DNA of 20,669 nucleotides from Candidatus Saganbacteria bacterium (GTDB lineage Bacteria; Margulisbacteria; WOR-1; O2-12-FULL-45-9): NCBI GenBank assembly GCA_013204645.1, contig JABMSE010000102.1, positions 1 to 20,669 of the forward strand, read 5' to 3'. Shown piece by piece: positions 16,513 to 20,669 of this stretch (position 1 is its first letter; each line of letters starts with the position of its first letter). The notes under the pieces were generated by a model. It saw only the letters and a program-made list of their open reading frames with translations, ran no database searches and was not told where the DNA came from. The position numbers and the translations under genes were made by a program.

Positions 16513-17549
16513 CCATTGTTTCTTTTCTTTTTGTTTTTACGGTGATAACTCTGGTGCATGAATTTGGGCATCTCTTTATTGCAAAGAAGGTTGGCATTCG
16601 GGTACATGAGTTTGGGCTGGGCTTTGGTCCCACCCTTTTCTCTTTTAAGAAAAACGAAACTACTTATAAACTAAATCTGCTGCCAATTCTTGGCTACGTT
16701 AAGATTGCCGGCATTGATACTGAAGATCCCGAAGAAAAAACCACACCCGAAAACGAAAAATATTATAATAAGCCGATTGCCGCCAAGTTTGCCGCTATTT
16801 TTGCTGGGCCTTTAATGAATCTTATCTTGGGCTTTGTTATTTTTAGCGTAATCTTCATGATTGTGGGAATCCCCACTGGGATTTCAAATGAAATTTCTGC
16901 TGTCTCCCCTGGCTCCGAAGCAGCTAAGATTGGCTTAAGGGCGGGCGACAAAATAATTTCTATCGACGGTAAAACCTTTGAAAGCCCAGAAGAAGCCATT
17001 GGGATAATCCACCAAAGCGCGGATAAAGAATTAATTTTAAAAATTGAGCGGGACAATCAAGTTTCTACTGTAGCGGCTACCCCGCAATACAACAAACGCA
17101 TGAAAATTGGTTTAATTGGCTTTTCCTTGTCTGCGGTTTACAAAAAAGTAAACCCCTTTCTGGCAATTTACTATGGGCTAAAGGAAACCTTGGGATTAAT
17201 TTTGCTAATTTTCCTAATTCTCGGACGCCTTATTGCTGGAAAAATATCCATTGGTGATCTGGCCGGCCCAGTTGGCATTGCCCAGATTACCGGCCAATAT
17301 GCTCACCATGGAATTATGTCATTGCTTAGTTTCTTGGCCTTCTTTAGCATAAATGTGGCTGTCCTAAACCTGCTCCCACTGCCTGCCCTTGACGGCGGCC
17401 GCCTCTTTTTTCTGGCCGTCGAAGCCATCCGCCGCAAACCCATAAGCATTGAAAAAGAAAACCGGGTTCATATGATTGGGATGTACGTACTTCTAGCCCT
17501 CCTAGCCGTCCTCACCGTCAACGACGTAATGAGGATCTTTTTTAAGTAG
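16503..17549 (+). CDS. rseP: RIP site-2 zinc metalloprotease, M50 family (RseP/RasP-like), with a PDZ domain
   Basis: HEFGH zinc motif in the first transmembrane helix, a central PDZ domain (GLRAGDKIISIDG), and the C-terminal LDGG motif of the M50 family. Confidence 0.85.
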   Translation: MFLTIVSFLFVFTVITLVHEFGHLFIAKKVGIRVHEFGLGFGPTLFSFKKNETTYKLNLLPILGYVKIAGIDTEDPEEKTTPENEKYYNKPIAAKFAAIFAGPLMNLILGFVIFSVIFMIVGIPTGISNEISAVSPGSEAAKIGLRAGDKIISIDGKTFESPEEAIGIIHQSADKELILKIERDNQVSTVAATPQYNKRMKIGLIGFSLSAVYKKVNPFLAIYYGLKETLGLILLIFLILGRLIAGKISIGDLAGPVGIAQITGQYAHHGIMSLLSFLAFFSINVAVLNLLPLPALDGGRLFFLAVEAIRRKPISIEKENRVHMIGMYVLLALLAVLTVNDVMRIFFK

Positions 17550-17552
17550 CAT

Positions 17553-17587
17553 GCAAGTTCCGCCCCACTTCTTCCGATAATACATAT
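17553..17587 (+). promoter_or_regulatory. Promoter-like motif copy B: GCAAGTT-N15-CGATAATACATAT
   Basis: It sits right after the rseP stop. The motif and the downstream leader of about 125 nt (to 17714) are about 90% identical to copy C and its leader (18863-19031). Confidence 0.5.
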
Positions 17588-17714
17588 GTCTGGGGCAGCA
17601 AGGGCCCCCACCGCCATCTGCAAATGGTAACCCTCGACAGGCGAAAAAATTTAGTGGTCGATCGGGGCAAACCAAAGCAAAATGTGATACAATATAAAAA
17701 ATATGGAGGAGAAA

Positions 17715-17972
17715 ATGAAGAAAATAATTGGATTATTACTAGTTTCAGTTTTCACGGTTAGCTTGCTAGTTAGCGTTGCCTCAGCAGCGTATGACCCTGG
17801 AAAGGATTATGGTTCTTACGACAGCAGCCAGGGAGAGAAATCAGCAAAGTATCCTAAAGGCGGCTTTGGGCCCACTACCACCATTAACCATATGACGGAA
17901 CCACTGGACATAGGCGTAGGCGGCCTAGGAAAAGAAAAAGAAATGAAACAAGCACCGGTGAGGAACTTATAA
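17715..17972 (+). CDS. Small secreted protein 1, 85 aa precursor. The Sec signal peptide is shared with paralog 2. The mature region is Gly-rich.
   Basis: GGAGGAG ribosome-binding site. Signal peptide MKKIIGLLLVSVFTVSLLVSVASA|AYD. The first 30 nt of the CDS are near-identical to 19032-19061. The ORF track starts 12 nt earlier at ATG 17703. Confidence 0.7.
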   Translation: MKKIIGLLLVSVFTVSLLVSVASAAYDPGKDYGSYDSSQGEKSAKYPKGGFGPTTTINHMTEPLDIGVGGLGKEKEMKQAPVRNL

Positions 17973-17995
17973 CTCGCCCTAAGCCGATCCACAAA

Positions 17996-18053
17996 GCGGC
18001 CCTCGATGACCCCTCGACAAAGTCGGGGTAAGCATCGGGGGCTTTTCTTTTGG
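17996..18053 (+). terminator. Conserved nested-hairpin terminator with U-tract CTTTTCTTTT. It is 58/58 identical to 19307-19364.
   Basis: GCGGCCCTCGATGA-CCCCTCGAC-AAA-GTCGGGG-TAAGCATCGGGGG-CTTTTCTTTTGG. An inner hairpin with an AAA loop is nested in an outer helix. Confidence 0.7.
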
Positions 18054-18055
18054 AA

Positions 18056-18083
18056 TTAAATGGGGACAGGTTACTATTTAATT
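18056..18083 (+). repeat. 28-nt repeat R3 (TTAAATGGGGACAGGTTACTATTTAATT)
   Basis: An exact inverted copy lies at 1539-1566. Diverged relatives sharing the GACAGGTT core are at 19371-19394 and, in inverted form, 19493-19516. Confidence 0.7.
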
Positions 18084-18086
18084 TAA

Positions 18087-18108
18087 GGGTGTCGAGATCT
18101 CGACACCC
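18087..18108. repeat. Perfect 22-nt palindrome GGGTGTCGAGA|TCTCGACACCC
   Basis: Seen directly. It contains a central BglII-like AGATCT. It could be a protein-binding site upstream of the ORF6N gene. Confidence 0.6.
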
Positions 18109-18136
18109 CCTGGGGAATTCCATCTCCCCAATGTCC

Positions 18137-18165
18137 TCCGCCTACGGCGGACAATGTCGTTTTTT
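18137..18165 (+). terminator. Weak hairpin plus T-tract (TCCGCC-TAC-GGCGGA...TTTTTT)
   Basis: A 6-bp stem with the T-run 8 nt downstream. This is weak evidence. Confidence 0.25.
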
Positions 18166-18251
18166 AATTGCTTTTATGCCAAAAATTCATAAAATTCGGT
18201 TTTATTGGAATTATTCGCACTCCTGGTAATAACCTTGCTACCCTAGTATGT

Positions 18252-18809
18252 ATGAGCAACTTAATCCCTGTCGAAAGAATAGAAAGCAAGATTTATTTGA
18301 TTCGCGGGCAAAAGGTAATGCTAGACAGAGATCTTGCGAGCTTTTATGGTGTCAAAACAAAAGCATTAAATCAGGCCGTCCAGCGCAACCTAGCCCGATT
18401 TCCAGAAGACTTCATGTTTCAGCTAACGTGGCAAGAAGCCTTCTCTTTAAGGTCACAGTTTGTGACCTTAAACAACCAGCATGATTCACCGCGAAAACCA
18501 AAAGAAACTTCTAAAAGAGGAAAGCATATTAAATACCTACCCTACGTATTTACAGAACTAGGCGGGGCCATGTTGTCCAGTGTTCTACGAAGTCAAAGGG
18601 CCATCGAAATCAATATCATGATCGTGCGAGCATTTGTCCGCCTCAGGGGATTTCTCTCAACCCACAAGAAAATAGCCGAGAAACTAAAAAAACTTGAGAA
18701 AAAGGGCCAAAAGCATGGCGCAGAAATTCAAACAATTTTTAATGTACTTAGAAGGCTTATGTCTCCTTCAGAAAAGCCAGTTAGACACATTGGTTTTCGG
18801 CCTGATTGA
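18252..18809 (+). CDS. ORF6N / KilA-N-like domain DNA-binding protein
   Basis: N-terminus MSNLIPVERIESKIYLIRGQKVMLDRDLASFYGVKTKALNQAVQRNLARFPEDFMFQLT and C-terminus LPYVFTELGGAMLSSVLRSQRAIEINIMIVRAFVRLR both match the ORF6N family pattern. Start chosen at the in-frame ATG at 18252. The ORF track starts at 18168. Confidence 0.7.
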   Translation: MSNLIPVERIESKIYLIRGQKVMLDRDLASFYGVKTKALNQAVQRNLARFPEDFMFQLTWQEAFSLRSQFVTLNNQHDSPRKPKETSKRGKHIKYLPYVFTELGGAMLSSVLRSQRAIEINIMIVRAFVRLRGFLSTHKKIAEKLKKLEKKGQKHGAEIQTIFNVLRRLMSPSEKPVRHIGFRPD

Positions 18810-18862
18810 GCTCTCTAAAGGGGGCACCCCCCATTTGTACAATGAATTTATTCGGGAGGGAT

Positions 18863-18897
18863 GCAAGTTTGGCCCCACTTCTTCCGATAATACATAT
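18863..18897 (+). promoter_or_regulatory. Promoter-like motif copy C: GCAAGTT-N15-CGATAATACATAT
   Basis: Same as copy B, followed by the conserved leader 18898-19031. Confidence 0.5.
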
Positions 18898-19031
18898 GTC
18901 TGGGGCAGCAAGTGCCCCTAGCCATCTGCAAATGGTAAACCTCGACAGGCAAAATAAATCAACGGTCGATCGGGGCAAACCTGGGAAAAGAAAAGGGTTT
19001 CTGGTTCAAAAATAATTAGGAGGAAAACAAA

Positions 19032-19286
19032 ATGAAGAAAATAATTGGATTGCTTTTGGTTTCGATGTTTGTGATGGGATTGTTATCATCTGCATCACTG
19101 GGGCTTCCCGCAGGCATGGACGACGTTCCGGACGACATCGAGGATGGAATTAATGCGATGCAATCGCAAGCAGAGGCCGACGAAATCCTTGACGTTCATA
19201 TGGGAGAAAGCTGGGAACACCAATACTTTCGGAGAATAGGGCCCTCCCCAATCAATCCGCCTAAAAAAGGACAAAAGATGAACTAA
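19032..19286 (+). CDS. Small secreted protein 2, 84 aa precursor. The signal peptide is shared with paralog 1. The mature region is acidic and unrelated to paralog 1.
   Basis: AGGAGGAAAA ribosome-binding site. MKKIIGLLLVSMFVMGLLSSASLG|LPAGMDD. The 5' 30 nt are near-identical to 17715-17744. Confidence 0.7.
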   Translation: MKKIIGLLLVSMFVMGLLSSASLGLPAGMDDVPDDIEDGINAMQSQAEADEILDVHMGESWEHQYFRRIGPSPINPPKKGQKMN

Positions 19287-19306
19287 AGCTCCACAGGTTG
19301 CCCTTC

Positions 19307-19364
19307 GCGGCCCTCGATGACCCCTCGACAAAGTCGGGGTAAGCATCGGGGGCTTTTCTTTTGG
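19307..19364 (+). terminator. Conserved nested-hairpin terminator, second copy
   Basis: Identical to 17996-18053. Confidence 0.7.
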
Positions 19365-19375
19365 GAATAATTAGC

Positions 19376-19506
19376 GACAGGTTCGACTTAATTTTGCTGC
19401 GATTTTTGGCGGAATTATAGCAAAAACTGGTGAAAATAACCGCAAAAGGGGACACACGCTTTCCGAACAAAAGGGGGCCGTCCCCTTTTAAAAAGTCGAA
19501 CCTGTC
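19376..19506. repeat. Perfect 14-bp inverted repeat (GACAGGTTCGACTT / AAGTCGAACCTGTC) flanking a 103-nt segment
   Basis: Arms at 19376-19389 and 19493-19506. The enclosed segment contains the bidirectional terminator at 19469-19489. Confidence 0.6.
19469..19489. terminator. Bidirectional intrinsic terminator AAAAGGGGG-CCGT-CCCCTTTT (folD on the minus strand, peptide-2 locus on the plus strand)
   Basis: A palindromic GC stem flanked by an A-tract and a T-tract. Confidence 0.65.
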
Positions 19507-19517
19507 TCCATTTAATT

Positions 19518-20366
19518 TTATGCTTTCCGAGCTGCGGCTAACGTATTCTTGAGTAGCATGGCAATGGTCATAGGCCCCACCCCACCCGGCACCGGGGTAA
19601 TATAGGAAGCCCTATCTTTAGCTGAATCAAAGTCAACGTCTCCAACTAGCTTGTCCCCTACCCGATTGACCCCAACGTCAATAACAACAGCGCCTTCTTT
19701 TACCATATCACCATGGACAATGCCTGGGCTACCCACTGATGCCACCAAAATATCAGCCCTGCGGATGACCTCTCCCAAGTCCTGGGTCCGGGAATGGCAA
19801 ATGGTTACCGTAGCATGCTTTTGCAGCAGCAATAAGGCAATGGGTTTCCCTACAATATTGCTCCTCCCCACCACCACCGCCTCTTTCCCCTTGATTTCAA
19901 CCCCTGTGGATAATAGCAATTCCATGATTCCTTGGGGGGTACACGAAACAAAGGTGGGGTTCTCCCCTTTCAATAGCTTTCCCATGTTCAGGGGGTGTAA
20001 ACCGTCTACATCTTTTTCTGCTGAGATCTCATCTAGTACTGGTTTTGGGTCAATTCCTTTTGGCAAAGGCAGCTGAACCAATAATCCATGAATACTTTTG
20101 TCTTTATTTAAATTTCGAACCAAACCTATTAATTCTTGCTGTTTTACCGTCGGAGGAAGCCGCCGCACATCACTTTCAATTCCCACTTCAGCACAGGCCC
20201 GCTCCTTTCCCCTCACATAAACCTGGGAAGCCGGGTCATCTCCGGCCAAAACAACGCAAAGCTTTGGCGTAATTCCTTTTTCTTTTTTTAATTCCCTGAC
20301 CTCTTCTGCGATTTCCCCTCGAATCCTCTTGGCAATTACCTTTCCATCTATTATTTTAGCTCCCAT
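19518..20366 (-). CDS. folD: Bifunctional 5,10-methylene-tetrahydrofolate dehydrogenase/cyclohydrolase
   Basis: 282 aa with FolD-typical motifs ([48 protein letters not shown]). Confidence 0.95.
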   Translation of the reverse strand: MGAKIIDGKVIAKRIRGEIAEEVRELKKEKGITPKLCVVLAGDDPASQVYVRGKERACAEVGIESDVRRLPPTVKQQELIGLVRNLNKDKSIHGLLVQLPLPKGIDPKPVLDEISAEKDVDGLHPLNMGKLLKGENPTFVSCTPQGIMELLLSTGVEIKGKEAVVVGRSNIVGKPIALLLLQKHATVTICHSRTQDLGEVIRRADILVASVGSPGIVHGDMVKEGAVVIDVGVNRVGDKLVGDVDFDSAKDRASYITPVPGGVGPMTIAMLLKNTLAAARKA

Positions 20367-20395
20367 AAGTTATCCACACTCCTTATCCACAGGCC

Positions 20396-20669
20396 TTATT
20401 TTCCCACGCAAAACTGCTCAAAGATTTTATTTATGATTTCCTCCGAAACAACCTCTCCGGTTATCTCTCCAAGGGCCAGAACTGCTTCCTTAACATCGAT
20501 GCTAACAAGGTCTACTGGAACTGATGCTGTACAGCTTTCCTGGGCTTTACCAAGGCTCTCAAGGCACCTCTCTAGACACTCCTTGTGCCTCAGGTTAACC
20601 ACCAAGGCCTCTTTCCCGGTGACTGACACCGGTGACTGACACTGGTGACTGACACCGGTGTCAGTCACC
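20396..20669 (-). CDS. mnmE: tRNA modification GTPase MnmE/TrmE, C-terminal fragment. The gene continues beyond the window.
   Basis: C-terminal helical domain ending in the diagnostic ...IFEQFCVGK (C-x-GK) motif. The ORF-track Met at 20668 is an artefact of the window edge. Confidence 0.75.
   Translation of the reverse strand, partial: VTDTGVSHQCQSPVSVTGKEALVVNLRHKECLERCLESLGKAQESCTASVPVDLVSIDVKEAVLALGEITGEVVSEEIINKIFEQFCVGK
20618..20669. repeat. 13-nt tandem repeat GGTGACTGACAC(C/T) x3 followed by one inverted copy GGTGTCAGTCACC, inside the mnmE coding sequence
   Basis: Seen directly at the extreme window edge. It translates on the minus strand as TDTGVSHQCQSPVSVTG. Confidence 0.85.

Noticed and set aside
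17884-18123. 79-aa minus-strand ORF, and a similar ORF at 19261-19470. The two share the translated string KRKAPDAYPDFVEGSSRAA.
   Set aside because: The shared peptide is the antisense translation of the conserved 58-nt terminator element. The conservation is at RNA and DNA level, not protein level.
18806-19015. 69-aa plus-strand ORF spanning the cassette-2 leader
   Set aside because: The corresponding region in cassette 1 has an indel that destroys the frame (a 14-codon ORF only). The leader is conserved as nucleotide sequence, not as coding sequence.
1-20669. CRISPR arrays, integrase or transposase genes, rRNA
   Set aside because: No regularly spaced direct repeats were found. No ORF has recombinase or transposase motifs. 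No rRNA-like conserved blocks were found. The only tandem repeat is the 13-mer at the window edge, which is inside mnmE.

Overview
This looks like an AT-rich chromosomal segment from an LPS-producing (diderm) bacterium; the phylum cannot be assigned from sequence alone. The core housekeeping genes are dxr, asmA-family, SPFH/stomatin-like, pyrE, tRNA-Thr(GGU)-tuf, vanW-like, a lipid A block (lpxC, a fused fabZ-lpxA, lpxB), a DegT-type aminotransferase plus a Gfo/Idh/MocA oxidoreductase (GnnB/GnnA-like), rseP, folD and the 3' end of mnmE. Interleaved with these are accessory features. (1) A 35-nt promoter-like motif, GCAAGTT-N15-CGATAWA, occurs four times at fixed spacing, each copy directly upstream of a secreted or hypothetical gene. 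It resembles sigma-28/FliA-class promoters. (2) Two paralogous small-secreted-peptide cassettes lie in tandem. They share the promoter, a structured leader of about 125 nt, the signal peptide and the terminator at nucleotide level, but their mature peptides are unrelated. An ORF6N/KilA-N-like DNA-binding protein lies between them. (3) A 313-aa Pro/Arg-rich protein with higher GC than its flanks is driven by the same motif. (4) A 187-nt GC-rich element is bounded by 22/23-nt inverted repeats and contains two hairpins with identical GUCCA loops, suggesting an ncRNA or a MITE. (5) A two-gene hypothetical locus carries an A8G8 homopolymer that splits an ATG-initiated ORF by one nucleotide. Its upstream gene shares a 13-nt upstream motif with another hypothetical gene 11 kb away. 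(6) There are at least four families of short dispersed repeats, and a 13-nt tandem repeat inside mnmE at the window edge. CRISPR arrays were looked for and not seen.
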